A stretch of 64,000 bases of DNA from an uncultured Clostridia bacterium (GTDB lineage Bacteria > Bacillota > Clostridia > Oscillospirales > Acutalibacteraceae): positions 403 through 64,402 of the forward strand of contig CAMMAZ010000004.1 in the NCBI GenBank assembly GCA_946493765.1, in the 5' to 3' direction. Positions 25,186 to 34,731 of the stretch are shown here, in pieces (positions within the stretch are counted from its first letter, which is position 1; each line of letters starts with the position of its first letter). The position numbers and the translations under genes were made by a program. The notes under the pieces are model-generated. The model worked only from the letters and a program-made list of their open reading frames with translations, searched no databases and was not told the DNA's origin.

Positions 25186-26478
25186 TTAACCGACATCCGG
25201 CTGTGCGGTTCTGGTGGTTTCCACCAGACGAATATCCGCGCCGATGCAGGAAAACTTTTCAATGAAATTTTCATAACCGCGTTCAATGTGCTGCACATCT
25301 TCAATTTCAGTCACACCGTGAGCAATCAGACCCGCAATCACCATGGCAGCACCTGCACGCAGATCGACCGCTTTGACCGGTGCGCAGGTCAGGTGATCGA
25401 CGCCTTCAATCACGGCGACTTTTCCATCCACTTTGATGTGCGCACCCATACGCGTGAGATATTCGATATATTTAAACCGGTTATCAAAAACAGTTTCAGT
25501 AACCATGGAGGTACCGTTTGCGATGGAAAGCAGCGTGACCATTTGCGGCTGCATATCCGTGGGAAAGCCGGGATGCGGCATGGTTTTCACATCGCACTTT
25601 TGCAAAACGCCTGTTCTGCGGACCCGAATTGCATCATCAAACTCCTCGATGATCGCACCTGCTTCTTCGAGCTTGGCGCTGATGGATTCGAGGTGTTTTG
25701 GAATCACGTTTTTAACAAGGACATCTCCGCCGGTTGCAGCAGCCGCTACCATGTAGGTCCCCGCTTCGATCTGATCGGAAATGATGGAATAATTCGTTCC
25801 GGCAAGTTTTTCAACACCATGGATTTTGATCACATCGGTACCTGCGCCGCGGATATCTGCACCCATGGAATTCAAAAAGTTTGCCAGATCAACAATATGC
25901 GGTTCTTTTGCAGCGTTTTCAATAATGGTGAGACCTTCTGCTTTGACAGAGGCAAGCATGATATTGATGGTCGCGCCCACCGAAACATTATCCATATAAA
26001 TGCTGGAACCAACCAGCTTGTCTGCTTTTAAATCTACCATGCCATTTTCAGTGTTAACGGTAGCCCCCAACGCTTTAAAGCCTTTGGTGTGCAGATCAAT
26101 CGGCCGCACACCCAGATCACAGCCTCCGGGCGGCGCAATCAGCGCTTTATGAAAACGGCTGAGCATGGCGCCCATGAAATAGCTGGAGCCTCTGCACAGT
26201 TTTGTCATGCTGTAGGGAACAATGTGGGTGCGGATCCCACGAGAATCGATTTCGACCGTTGTTTTATTCAGATACTTAACAGTTGCGCCCAGTTCATACA
26301 GCGTGCGAATGATTGCGGTTACATCCGAAATATTCGGGATGTTTTCGATCACGCAGACACCGTCGGATAAAATGGTTGCGGGCAATATAGCAACAGCGGA
26401 ATTTTTAGCGCCGCTGATTGTGACTTCTCCAAATAAAGGCCGTCCGCCTTTGATAATGATTTTTTCCAAATCAGCCAC
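25186..26478 (-). CDS. murA: UDP-N-acetylglucosamine 1-carboxyvinyltransferase
   Basis: IIKGGRPLFGEVTISGAKNSAVAILPA and the active-site Cys context PGGCDLGVRPIDLH. 430 aa. Confidence 0.95.
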   Translation of the reverse strand: MADLEKIIIKGGRPLFGEVTISGAKNSAVAILPATILSDGVCVIENIPNISDVTAIIRTLYELGATVKYLNKTTVEIDSRGIRTHIVPYSMTKLCRGSSYFMGAMLSRFHKALIAPPGGCDLGVRPIDLHTKGFKALGATVNTENGMVDLKADKLVGSSIYMDNVSVGATINIMLASVKAEGLTIIENAAKEPHIVDLANFLNSMGADIRGAGTDVIKIHGVEKLAGTNYSIISDQIEAGTYMVAAAATGGDVLVKNVIPKHLESISAKLEEAGAIIEEFDDAIRVRRTGVLQKCDVKTMPHPGFPTDMQPQMVTLLSIANGTSMVTETVFDNRFKYIEYLTRMGAHIKVDGKVAVIEGVDHLTCAPVKAVDLRAGAAMVIAGLIAHGVTEIEDVQHIERGYENFIEKFSCIGADIRLVETTRTAQPDVG

Positions 26479-26743
26479 TCCTTAAAATAAGGTATTGATA
26501 ATCATATTATTGGTTTTCGGGAGCATAATATGAATTGTTAATTCTGACATTGATACAAAACAAACACATAAAAAAACGAAGTTTTAAAGATGACAATTAA
26601 AACAAAAAAGAAGCTGTTTTAATTGTAAAAATAAAAGACCTCGCTTTAAATCATGCTTTTCATTTCAATTTTGTTTTAACCATTATAACACACCTATTTT
26701 GAAATTGCTACTATATATTGAAAAAAGTTAGAAATTTTTTTAA

Positions 26744-26772
26744 TTGACTTTGCATATATTGTTTGATAAAAT
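26744..26772 (+). promoter_or_regulatory. Candidate sigma-A promoter (TTGACT-17-TAAAAT) for the degV-like gene
   Basis: Hexamers at 26744-26749 and 26767-26772 with a 17-nt spacer. Confidence 0.45.
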
Positions 26773-26804
26773 AAATTTAAGTAAAGAGAGATGGGGTGCT
26801 GTCC

Positions 26805-27677
26805 ATGCAGAGTTATGTAATTATCACCGATTCTACCGCAGATTTATCTCAAAAAATGATTGAGGAAATGGGTGTGGACGTCAAACGTATGACCTACAGT
26901 ATGGACGGAGAAGAATTTTCCGACATACCGGTGGAGCGTGATGATAAAATCAAGCAATTTTATGCAGCATTGCGCAGTGGCAGCCGTTCTTCTACCTCGC
27001 AGATTAACATGGATGTCTTTACCGAGAGTTTCAAGTCCTATCTGGAGCAGGGGAAGGATGTTTTGTATATCGGTTTTTCCAGTGCGCTCAGCGGCACCTG
27101 TTCGCAGGCGGTTGCGGCGGCAAACAAGCTGAAACTGCACTATCCGGATCGCAAAATTTTTGCAGTGGATTCGCTTTGCGCTTCACTGGGGCAGGGTCTG
27201 CTGGTTTACTATGCGGCGCAGCTGCAAAAAAATGGTGCCGCAATTGAGGATACCGTCTCGTTTTTGGAAAAAAACAAACTGCATCTGTGCCATTGGTTTA
27301 CTGTTGATGATCTTAATCATTTGAAAAGAGGCGGGCGCGTGTCGGCGACTGTCGCACTGTTGGGAACGGTGCTTGGGATTAAACCGATTCTGCATGTCGA
27401 CGATGAAGGCCGGCTGATCCCGATGGGAAAAGTGCGAGGAAGGCGGGCTTCTTTGGACGAATTGGTCAAAAAAGCAGAGCAGACGATGATGCATCCCGAG
27501 GATCAAACGGTTTTTATCAGTCATGGCGACTGTATCGACGATGCTGAATATGTTGCAGACAAAGTCAAAGAAAAACTGCATGTTAAAGACGTGAAGATCA
27601 ATTATATCGGACCGGTGATCGGCAGTCATTCCGGACCCGGAACAGTGGCGTTGTTTTTTATGGGAACAAAGCGGTAA
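26805..27677 (+). CDS. DegV-family fatty-acid-binding protein
   Basis: IITDSTADL N-terminus. Typical DegV length and blocks. Confidence 0.9.
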   Translation: MQSYVIITDSTADLSQKMIEEMGVDVKRMTYSMDGEEFSDIPVERDDKIKQFYAALRSGSRSSTSQINMDVFTESFKSYLEQGKDVLYIGFSSALSGTCSQAVAAANKLKLHYPDRKIFAVDSLCASLGQGLLVYYAAQLQKNGAAIEDTVSFLEKNKLHLCHWFTVDDLNHLKRGGRVSATVALLGTVLGIKPILHVDDEGRLIPMGKVRGRRASLDELVKKAEQTMMHPEDQTVFISHGDCIDDAEYVADKVKEKLHVKDVKINYIGPVIGSHSGPGTVALFFMGTKR

Positions 27678-27738
27678 AATTTGAATCGAATAGACTTTTT
27701 TCTTCCGGCGATACTAAAAGCGGAGGGAGGAAAAAGTA

Positions 27739-27927
27739 GTGAAAACGAAAAAACGTCCTATTGATTATGAAGACGACGATGAGCTGTTTGACGATATTTT
27801 CCCAGTGGCTTCAAGCTGTGAATGTACCGGATTGATGCCTTTTGCGGTGCATGATGAGTCGGAAATCAAGTCTTACGGCAGGATCTACGATATTCCGCTT
27901 TCCGATTCGTTGGAAGATAACGAGTAA
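27739..27927 (+). CDS. Small acidic hypothetical protein (62 aa)
   Basis: GTG follows GGAGGGAGG. A hairpin at 27928-27956 follows. Very acidic, with one CEC motif. Confidence 0.5.
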   Translation: MKTKKRPIDYEDDDELFDDIFPVASSCECTGLMPFAVHDESEIKSYGRIYDIPLSDSLEDNE

Positions 27928-27990
27928 GAGGATGGAAGGCCTGGCCTTCCATCCTCTGACTATTTTTAGATAAAATAAGATGCATTACAT

Positions 27991-28028
27991 AAAAAAGCTG
28001 CTGTGAAAAAATTCACAGCAGCTTTTTT
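27991..28028. terminator. Bidirectional terminator
   Basis: aaaaaagctgctgtgaa / ttcacagcagctttttt. Confidence 0.75.
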
Positions 28029-28503
28029 ATGCAACCAGCGTAACGGAAAACCCCAAGGCCGGCGCTTCGATGGCAACGGGATTTAAAAGGTTATCCAGTT
28101 CCAACAGAAAGTTGGATCCGCGAAAGGTTCCCGTTACCTGATAGCCCTTTTCAGTAGCAATAGCGTTTGCGGAAAGTGCAGCGGCGGATTGCACCAGCTG
28201 ATGAAACACCGACGGAAAAGCAGAATCGGGGAGTGTGGTGGTGTCAGACATTCCGTCATATTCCACGATGACCTGCCCTTTTTCCAACAAAACCGTCATG
28301 CCGTTGAGTTCTTCCGGATATTGCATTTGCAGCTGTGTTTTTGTCTGATTCCAGGAAAAGGTGCCGGAAAGAGACAAACCATTATAATCTGCATCAAAAC
28401 AACCGCTATAGGCTTCAGGAAATAAAAAAGATGTGGTTTCTTTGTTTTTTGAACATCCCGCAAGCATTGTGATCATGATTAAAATACAAAAAATGCGTTT
28501 CAA
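28027..28503 (-). CDS. Lipoprotein of unknown function
   Basis: The lipobox MLAGC follows a basic, hydrophobic signal. I place the start at TTG (LKRIF, 28503) after GGGGGA, because the track ORF start at 28575 lies inside the upstream gene. Confidence 0.6.
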   Translation of the reverse strand: MKRIFCILIMITMLAGCSKNKETTSFLFPEAYSGCFDADYNGLSLSGTFSWNQTKTQLQMQYPEELNGMTVLLEKGQVIVEYDGMSDTTTLPDSAFPSVFHQLVQSAAALSANAIATEKGYQVTGTFRGSNFLLELDNLLNPVAIEAPALGFSVTLVA

Positions 28504-28537
28504 AGGCGTTCCCCCATTGCATGAGAATGCAAGAAAA

Positions 28538-29398
28538 TCAGACGATCTTACCTTGTTCGATCTCTCTAAAAACAAAGGGCAGACATTTTAAAATCGTTGT
28601 CGGCGTGGTGCTGGTCATGGAATAACGCTGTGCGGAAAAATCACCGGCAAGTCCGTGCACAAAAACAGCGGCGCACACAGCGTCGTCAAGGGGCATTATG
28701 CATAAAAATGCAGCTAAAATTCCCGCTAACAGGTCGCCGCTGCCGCCGGTCGCCATACCCGCGTTTCCGCTGTGATTGACAAAACACCGGCCGTCCGGCA
28801 TGGCAATCACCGTTTCATGCCCTTTTAAAACAACAGTAACGCCGTGCAGCAGCGCAAAATCCTTTGCCGTTTGCAGCCGGTTTTCCTGCACCTTTTGCAC
28901 AGATGTGCCGCACAGCCGCGCCATTTCTCCGGGATGCGGCGTTAAAATCACCGGCGCGTGCTCTGTCTTTAATAAATCTATGTTTCTGGACAGCCGGTTT
29001 ATACCGTCTGCGTCGATAATCAATGTTTTTTTTGCGTTTTCCAGCGCCGCGCAAAGCAGATGATCGGTTTGCGGGCTGTCACCGCAACCGCATCCGATCA
29101 ACACGCAATCTGCCTGCCGGATCTGGTTGCGGATCGGGGTCAGATCGTCGGTATATGGAAAAAATACCGCTTCCGGCACTGCTGTGGCAAGGATCGGATA
29201 GATCGAGTCGGGGCAGGCGATTTCACAAAGTCCCACACCGGCACACAGACAGCCCTTTGCAGCTAACATCCCTGCACCCGCCATCCCATAAGACCCGGCG
29301 ATCAGCAATGCTTTTCCGTAATCGCCTTTATTTGTATCTGTTTTTCGCGCTTTAAAAAGCGGATAGACTGTCTCTTTTGTCAGATCAAAATACGTCAT
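28538..29398 (-). CDS. nnrD: ADP-dependent NAD(P)H-hydrate dehydratase (YjeF C-terminal type)
   Basis: GDYGKALLIAGSYGMAGAGMLAA and GGSGDLLAGILAAF motifs. Start at MTYFDL follows AAGGATGGGG. Confidence 0.85.
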   Translation of the reverse strand: MTYFDLTKETVYPLFKARKTDTNKGDYGKALLIAGSYGMAGAGMLAAKGCLCAGVGLCEIACPDSIYPILATAVPEAVFFPYTDDLTPIRNQIRQADCVLIGCGCGDSPQTDHLLCAALENAKKTLIIDADGINRLSRNIDLLKTEHAPVILTPHPGEMARLCGTSVQKVQENRLQTAKDFALLHGVTVVLKGHETVIAMPDGRCFVNHSGNAGMATGGSGDLLAGILAAFLCIMPLDDAVCAAVFVHGLAGDFSAQRYSMTSTTPTTILKCLPFVFREIEQGKIV

Positions 29399-29464
29399 TA
29401 GCCCCATCCTTTCTATCATAAACACCGGTTGTCCGCCATATAATCCTTAATGAGGTGTGGCGGT

Positions 29465-30592
29465 ATGAAAAAGATAAGTTTATTAAAAATCAAACGGTTG
29501 GCAGCGGTCATATTATGTCTGCTACTGGCAGTAACCGTTTTTTCTTATCGTGACTATCTGGTGTCGCCCATCCGCACACTTTCGGCAGAGATTGGGAGAT
29601 TTTCCGCACTGTCATTAATGCCGCAGGCCGCAGCGCCGAAGCAGGAGCCACAGCAAACGGCACCGGCGGATGCTGGTGTGCAGACAACGAAATCGCAGGA
29701 AGAATCTGCACAAACGACCCGCCCATCGGTTACTTCCCCGGAAACGACGGTTGCCGCGCCGACCACAGGAACCGATAAAGTGTTGGAGGTCGTATCGGAT
29801 GCTGCGGGAAAAATCTATGAACAGGTGATCGGCAATTCCGGTGCGACAAACCATGTGGATAACGTTTATATCCGCAACACAACCGGGAAAACGGTCGATT
29901 TCGCCGCAGAACTCGAAAAGGGAACCGATGTGTCGGTGCAGACAAACGCGGCGCCGCAGGTGCTGATCGTGCACACCCATGCGACCGAATGCTTTTTTCC
30001 AGGCATTTCGGATGTTTATTCCGCAAGCTGGCCCTCGCGCTCGACCGATAACAATTTGAACATGATCAGCATCGGTGCGGTCGTGGCCAAACGGCTGAAT
30101 GAAGCCGGCATTATGACGGTGCAGGCAACGGTGCAGCATGATAAAGACGCCTACAACGGCTCTTATGACCGCAGCCGGGAAACCATTCAATCCTATTTGG
30201 AAAAATATCCGTCCATTCAGGTGATTTTAGACCTGCACCGCGATGCCATCACTTCCGATAACGGAACAAAAACAAAGCCGACTGTTACCATCAACGGTAA
30301 AAAGGCGGCGCAGTTAATGATCGTGTCCGGGTGCGAGTCGGGAAGCGTGACCAACTACCCGGACTGGATCTATAATTTAAGATTTGCTTTGCAGATTCAA
30401 AAAACCTGCTCGGATTTATATCCATCGTTGGCACGGCCGTTGATGTTCGCATCCAGACATTATAATCAGGACATCACACATGGCACATTGCTCATCGAAA
30501 TGGGCTCGGAGGCCAATACCCACAACGAGGTGGTCTACACCGCCGAGCTTTTATCCGACGTGCTGGTCAGAGTGTTTAACAGTAATGCCTGA
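29465..30592 (+). CDS. spoIIP: Stage II sporulation protein P
   Basis: N-terminal TM, low-complexity linker, then IVHTHATE ... DLHRD amidase-like blocks typical of SpoIIP. Confidence 0.85.
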   Translation: MKKISLLKIKRLAAVILCLLLAVTVFSYRDYLVSPIRTLSAEIGRFSALSLMPQAAAPKQEPQQTAPADAGVQTTKSQEESAQTTRPSVTSPETTVAAPTTGTDKVLEVVSDAAGKIYEQVIGNSGATNHVDNVYIRNTTGKTVDFAAELEKGTDVSVQTNAAPQVLIVHTHATECFFPGISDVYSASWPSRSTDNNLNMISIGAVVAKRLNEAGIMTVQATVQHDKDAYNGSYDRSRETIQSYLEKYPSIQVILDLHRDAITSDNGTKTKPTVTINGKKAAQLMIVSGCESGSVTNYPDWIYNLRFALQIQKTCSDLYPSLARPLMFASRHYNQDITHGTLLIEMGSEANTHNEVVYTAELLSDVLVRVFNSNA

Positions 30593-31163
30593 TGCAGGCG
30601 ATCACTTTGCCCAGAATGGTGATCTCCGATGCATAAATTGGGTCGAAGTCATCGTTTTCGGGCTGTAGGCGAAATCCATAGCCTTCCCGGTAAAACCGTT
30701 TGACAGTCGCTTCATCTTCCAACAACGCAACAACGATTTCGCCTTCCTCGGCAACCGGTGTTTTTTCACAGACCACAATATCCCCGTCCAAGATCGCGGC
30801 ATTTTTCATGCTCTCTCCTCTGACATGCAAAGCGAACAGTTCTTTGCCACTACCGGCATACTGGATGGAAAACGGTATGTATTCTTCGATCTGTTCGACC
30901 GCCAGCACCGGAAGACCAGCCTGCACGGTGCCGAGCAGCGGCACCTGCACTGTCCTTGCAGTGCCTGCGATCTGAACGGAACGGGCATTTTGCGCATCCT
31001 TCTCGATCAGACCTTTTTCTTTTAAAACGTTTAAAATACCATGCACCGTCGAGGTGGACTTTATGCCGGTGGCATTGCAGATTTCACGGACAGACGGCGG
31101 AATCGCATTTTGCATGGATTCCCTTAAAAAATCATAGACCCGCTGTTGTTTTTCCGTCAACAT
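30576..31163 (-). CDS. lexA: LexA repressor
   Basis: N-terminal winged helix, Ala-Gly cleavage site (VQAGLPV), Ser (GESM) and Lys (VKRF) dyad. Confidence 0.95.
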   Translation of the reverse strand: MLTEKQQRVYDFLRESMQNAIPPSVREICNATGIKSTSTVHGILNVLKEKGLIEKDAQNARSVQIAGTARTVQVPLLGTVQAGLPVLAVEQIEEYIPFSIQYAGSGKELFALHVRGESMKNAAILDGDIVVCEKTPVAEEGEIVVALLEDEATVKRFYREGYGFRLQPENDDFDPIYASEITILGKVIACIRHYC

Positions 31164-31216
31164 AAAATCACACACCTTTCTTGTTTATCATTGTAACACA
31201 TAACTTTCAAAAAAGC

Positions 31217-31228
31217 AAACAAATGTTT
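31217..31228. promoter_or_regulatory. Degenerate SOS-box candidate AAAC-n4-GTTT upstream of lexA
   Basis: Palindrome aaacaaatgttt overlaps the -35 region of a TGtTACAAT extended -10 (31190-31195, minus strand). It deviates from the Firmicute consensus GAAC-n4-GTTC at both outer positions. Confidence 0.3.
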
Positions 31229-31229
31229 T

Positions 31230-31901
31230 TTAACCGATAATTTTTCCGTCGCTGACTGTGATTTTTCGGGTCGCAGCAGCGGCGGTTTTTTCATCGTGGG
31301 TGATCAAAACAATGGTTTTGCCGTCCTGATTCAACTTTTTTAAAAGCGCGATCACCGCATTCCCCGCCGCGCTGTCAAGATTACCTGTCGGCTCGTCTGC
31401 AAGGATCATTTCCGGATTGGCGGCAACGGCTCTGGCGATTGCGACGCGCTGCTGCTGACCGCCGGACAGTTCGCCCGGCTTGTGTCGGATCCGGTCTTTG
31501 AGTCCCACGATTTCCAATGCCTCAAGGCTTCGCTGTTTTCGTTGTTTTTGACTGTAGCCCATATATAGCATCGGCAGCTCGACGTTTTCGAGCGCGGACA
31601 ATGTCGGGATCAAATTGAATTTTTGAAAGATAAAACCGATTTTGCGGCTGCGAATATCCGACAGCTGTTTTTCGCTGAGCTTTGAAGTGTTCACACCGGC
31701 TAAATAGTAATCGCCCTTATCCGGCGTATCCAGACAGCCCATGATGTTCATCAGGGTAGATTTCCCGGAACCGGATGAGCCGATGATCGCCGTGAATTCT
31801 CCGTTTTGGATGTGCAGATCGATGCCACTGAGCGCTGCGACCTGATTGATACCCGGATTATAGATTTTGTGAATATTTTGCATTGTGATGATTTCGTGCA
31901 T
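31230..31901 (-). CDS. ABC transporter ATP-binding protein (MacB/LolD-like), no adjacent permease
   Basis: Walker A GSSGSGKST, signature LSGGQQQR, Walker B ILADEPT. Start at MHEIITMQNI (31901). Confidence 0.85.
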   Translation of the reverse strand: MHEIITMQNIHKIYNPGINQVAALSGIDLHIQNGEFTAIIGSSGSGKSTLMNIMGCLDTPDKGDYYLAGVNTSKLSEKQLSDIRSRKIGFIFQKFNLIPTLSALENVELPMLYMGYSQKQRKQRSLEALEIVGLKDRIRHKPGELSGGQQQRVAIARAVAANPEMILADEPTGNLDSAAGNAVIALLKKLNQDGKTIVLITHDEKTAAAATRKITVSDGKIIG

Positions 31902-31984
31902 GTTTTTTTCCTTTCTTTCTGTGTTTCTCAGCACTATTTTTTTCATAATTTTTAAAATTATGACCATACTGAATGTAGAAAGGA

Positions 31985-32431
31985 ATGATGATTTTGACAA
32001 ATAAAGAATATTCCAAAATGACAAAGCAGGCGTCGCCCGGTTCTAAAGTGCTGTTAAATTGCTTTAACGCTTTCTGGGTGGGCGGTTTGATTTGTTTGCT
32101 GGGCGAGGGTTTGTCGGAATTATATACTTATTACGGCCTGAGCCAGCTGACCGCCGCATCGGCGGTTTCGATTTCGCTGATCACTTTATCCATCATTTTA
32201 ACGGCGCTGGGCTGGTATCAGAAAATTGCAAAGTTTGCCGGCGCCGGAACACTGGTGCCCATTACCGGCTTTGCGAATGCCATGTCTTCGCCCGCGATCG
32301 AATTCAAAACGGAAGGGCAGGTGCTTGGAACCGGCGCGAAGCTGTTTTCCATTGCAGGCCCCGTGATCGTTTACGGTTTGGTATCTGCTTTTTTATATGG
32401 TTTAATTTACCAGATTGTCACCATGTTTTAA
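31985..32431 (+). CDS. spoVAC: Stage V sporulation protein AC
   Basis: NCFNAFWVGGLICLLGEG and overall SpoVAC-like membrane topology. The start is uncertain by about 9 nt (a TTG at 31994 has better spacing). Confidence 0.85.
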   Translation: MMILTNKEYSKMTKQASPGSKVLLNCFNAFWVGGLICLLGEGLSELYTYYGLSQLTAASAVSISLITLSIILTALGWYQKIAKFAGAGTLVPITGFANAMSSPAIEFKTEGQVLGTGAKLFSIAGPVIVYGLVSAFLYGLIYQIVTMF

Positions 32432-32448
32432 AAAAGGAGGCAAAAAGG

Positions 32449-33465
32449 ATGGCAAAACGAATCGGACAATACACCATTGAGCTGGATCGGATGCCCGGCA
32501 TTATCGGCTATGGGACCGCAGTTGGCAAAAAAGAGGGAGAAGGGCCGATCGCCGATGAGTTTGACAACATATTCGAAGACACCACGATGGGTCTGAAAAG
32601 CTGGGAAGAAGCGGAGAGCGCGCTGATGACGTCGGCAATCAACTCCGCGCTGACAAAAGCTAAAATCACCGCTTCGGACGCCGACGGCCTGTTTTCCGGC
32701 GACCTGCTCGACCAGAGCATTGCAACCACATTTGGTGTCAAAGATTTTGCATTGCCGCATATCGGGTTGTTTGGCGCCTGTTCGACGATGGCGTTGTCGT
32801 TGTCGCTTGCATCATTGATGGTGGATTCCGGTGCAATGAACTGTGCGATCGCCGCGACGTCATCGCATTTTTGTTCGGCGGAACGGCAGTTTCGTTTTCC
32901 GCTGGAATACGGCGGCAAACGCACCCCCACCTCGCAGTGGACAGTGACCGGTTCCGGCGCTGTGGTCGTCAAAGCAGGCGGCGGCGCGCCGTTTATCAAA
33001 AGGGTCACACTCGGAAAAATTGTGGACTTTGATGTGACCGACGCCAACAACATGGGCGCGGCAATGGCGCCCGCCGCGGCGGACACACTTTCCGGATTTT
33101 TAAAGGATACCAACACCAAACCGGAAGATTACGACGCGATTTTCACCGGCGACTTGGGACAAGTCGGATCAACACTTTTAAAACAATTGATGACGGAAAA
33201 AGGCTACACGCTAGACGAAAATTACAATGATTGCGGTCTGATGATTTTTGACATGTCCGATTCCGATGTAGCCGCCGGCGGTTCCGGCTGCGGCTGTTCC
33301 GCCAGTGTCTTATGTGCGCACATTTTAAAACGGATTCAGTCGGGAGAATATCAAAAAGTACTGTTTTGTGCAACCGGTGCGCTGATGTCGCCGACCTCCA
33401 GTCAACAGGGAAAATCCATTCCCGGGGTTGCGCATTTGGTGGAAATTGTGCATAACAAAGGATGA
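32449..33465 (+). CDS. spoVAD: Stage V sporulation protein AD
   Basis: Thiolase-like fold, with N-terminus MAKRIGQYTIELD...GKKEGEGP. ATG follows AAAAGGAGG. The track ORF from 32092 is a 5' extension overlapping spoVAC. Confidence 0.9.
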   Translation: MAKRIGQYTIELDRMPGIIGYGTAVGKKEGEGPIADEFDNIFEDTTMGLKSWEEAESALMTSAINSALTKAKITASDADGLFSGDLLDQSIATTFGVKDFALPHIGLFGACSTMALSLSLASLMVDSGAMNCAIAATSSHFCSAERQFRFPLEYGGKRTPTSQWTVTGSGAVVVKAGGGAPFIKRVTLGKIVDFDVTDANNMGAAMAPAAADTLSGFLKDTNTKPEDYDAIFTGDLGQVGSTLLKQLMTEKGYTLDENYNDCGLMIFDMSDSDVAAGGSGCGCSASVLCAHILKRIQSGEYQKVLFCATGALMSPTSSQQGKSIPGVAHLVEIVHNKG

Positions 33466-33504
33466 AAAAGGCAACACTACAATTAGAATTTCAAAAAGGC
33501 GGTT

Positions 33505-33804
33505 TTGCAATTGATTAAAGGAGTCAATAAGAGTGTGATCGAAGTTGCCGATACCGGCAATAAATACTTTGAACGGGCGATTTTATTCGTCAATCCGCAA
33601 TACAGTGACAAAAGCACGGAATTGTTACAATCGCAGGCGCGATTGTATGTTTCAGGCGTAGATGTGCCGCGTCTGCCGCTGAAAACGGCTGGTTCGGCAA
33701 AGAAAAAACGCCGGTATACCCGTCAAAAACAACTGCGCCGTCTACTTTTTGCAGCAGGGGTCGTTGGGCTTGTGCTGCTGATTTATCTGTTGATTCCGCG
33801 CTAA
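33505..33804 (+). CDS. Hypothetical C-terminally membrane-anchored protein (about 97 aa)
   Basis: GVNKSVIEVADTGNKYFERAILFVNP, a basic stretch, then a TM helix. The start codon is ambiguous (TTG at 33505 or 33511). Confidence 0.5.
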   Translation: MQLIKGVNKSVIEVADTGNKYFERAILFVNPQYSDKSTELLQSQARLYVSGVDVPRLPLKTAGSAKKKRRYTRQKQLRRLLFAAGVVGLVLLIYLLIPR

Positions 33805-33828
33805 AACAGCGGGTATGGGAGCAATAGA

Positions 33829-34689
33829 ATGAACGGTTATTTTGAAGGATGGTATTATAAACAGCAAAATAAAGACGGTGCGGTGGCGTTGATTCCCTCA
33901 TTACACCGGGATGCGTCAGGAAAGAGACAAGCCTTTTTGCAGGTTATCACATCTGATTTTTCAAAAGCGGTTCCGATGCATGGCTATGTTTTTGATCGCA
34001 AACGGAAAGTATTTATTTTGGACGGCAATGTGTTTACCGACCGGCATGTGACGCTGCAGCATACCGCGCCGGGAATTCATTTATCTGGACGGCTCGTGTT
34101 TGCCGGACAGACCAAACCCAAAGGCGATGTGATGGGTCCGTTTCAATTTATGCCGCTGATGCAGTGCCGGCACAGTGTGTTCAGCATGCGGCATACCGTT
34201 AGCGGATATTTGCAGATCAATGACAAAACCTATCATTTTCACAAAGATCCCGGTTATATGGAAGGGGACAGAGGCGTTTCGTTTCCCAAAGCCTACGGTT
34301 GGGCGCAGGGGATGCAGAAAAATTACAGCGTTTTCATGTCTTGGGCTAAAATCCCGTTTTGTGGACATGCATTCAACGGCGTGCTGGCTATTGTGCTGTT
34401 AAACGGCAAAGAGCTGCGGTTTGCAACCTATAACGGCGCCAAACTTATTTTTGCAGATGCACAAAACATCGTTTTGCAAAAAGGACCATTTCTTTTGTCG
34501 GCAAAATGTTTAAGTCCGAAGGCGCAAACGCTGCTGGCGCCGGATCATGGCGGCATGCGCCGCAAGGTTTTTGAAAATGTCAGTTGCCGCACAAGATTTA
34601 AATTGCTGTATCATGGCCAAAAATACCTTGATTTTATCAGTTCGGCGGCCGGTTTTGAAACAGGGGGAACGCAGCCGGCATATTTTTGA
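33829..34689 (+). CDS. Tocopherol-cyclase-like family protein
   Basis: The N-terminal NGYFEGWYYKQQ motif resembles the family signature. 286 aa. Function in bacteria is unknown. Confidence 0.45.
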   Translation: MNGYFEGWYYKQQNKDGAVALIPSLHRDASGKRQAFLQVITSDFSKAVPMHGYVFDRKRKVFILDGNVFTDRHVTLQHTAPGIHLSGRLVFAGQTKPKGDVMGPFQFMPLMQCRHSVFSMRHTVSGYLQINDKTYHFHKDPGYMEGDRGVSFPKAYGWAQGMQKNYSVFMSWAKIPFCGHAFNGVLAIVLLNGKELRFATYNGAKLIFADAQNIVLQKGPFLLSAKCLSPKAQTLLAPDHGGMRRKVFENVSCRTRFKLLYHGQKYLDFISSAAGFETGGTQPAYF

Positions 34690-34731
34690 AAAAATAAAAG
34701 CGTATGGGTTTGATTGCCATACGCTTGTTTT

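Noticed and set aside
23591-26031. ORFs 23591-24436 (+) and 25288-26031 (+).
   Set aside because: They are antisense to the LtaS-like gene and to murA, whose identities are unambiguous.
32092-32448. 5' extensions of track ORFs: 32092 for spoVAD, 43755 for the dprA-like gene, 50448 for eamA, 55783 for the deacetylase, 37196 for the isomerase, 54388 for the MBL gene, 1876 for the ABC ATPase and 7357 for the rSAM gene.
   Set aside because: In each case an internal ATG, GTG or TTG has a proper GGAGG-type RBS and matches the expected family N-terminus. The extension overlaps the preceding gene or has improbable composition.
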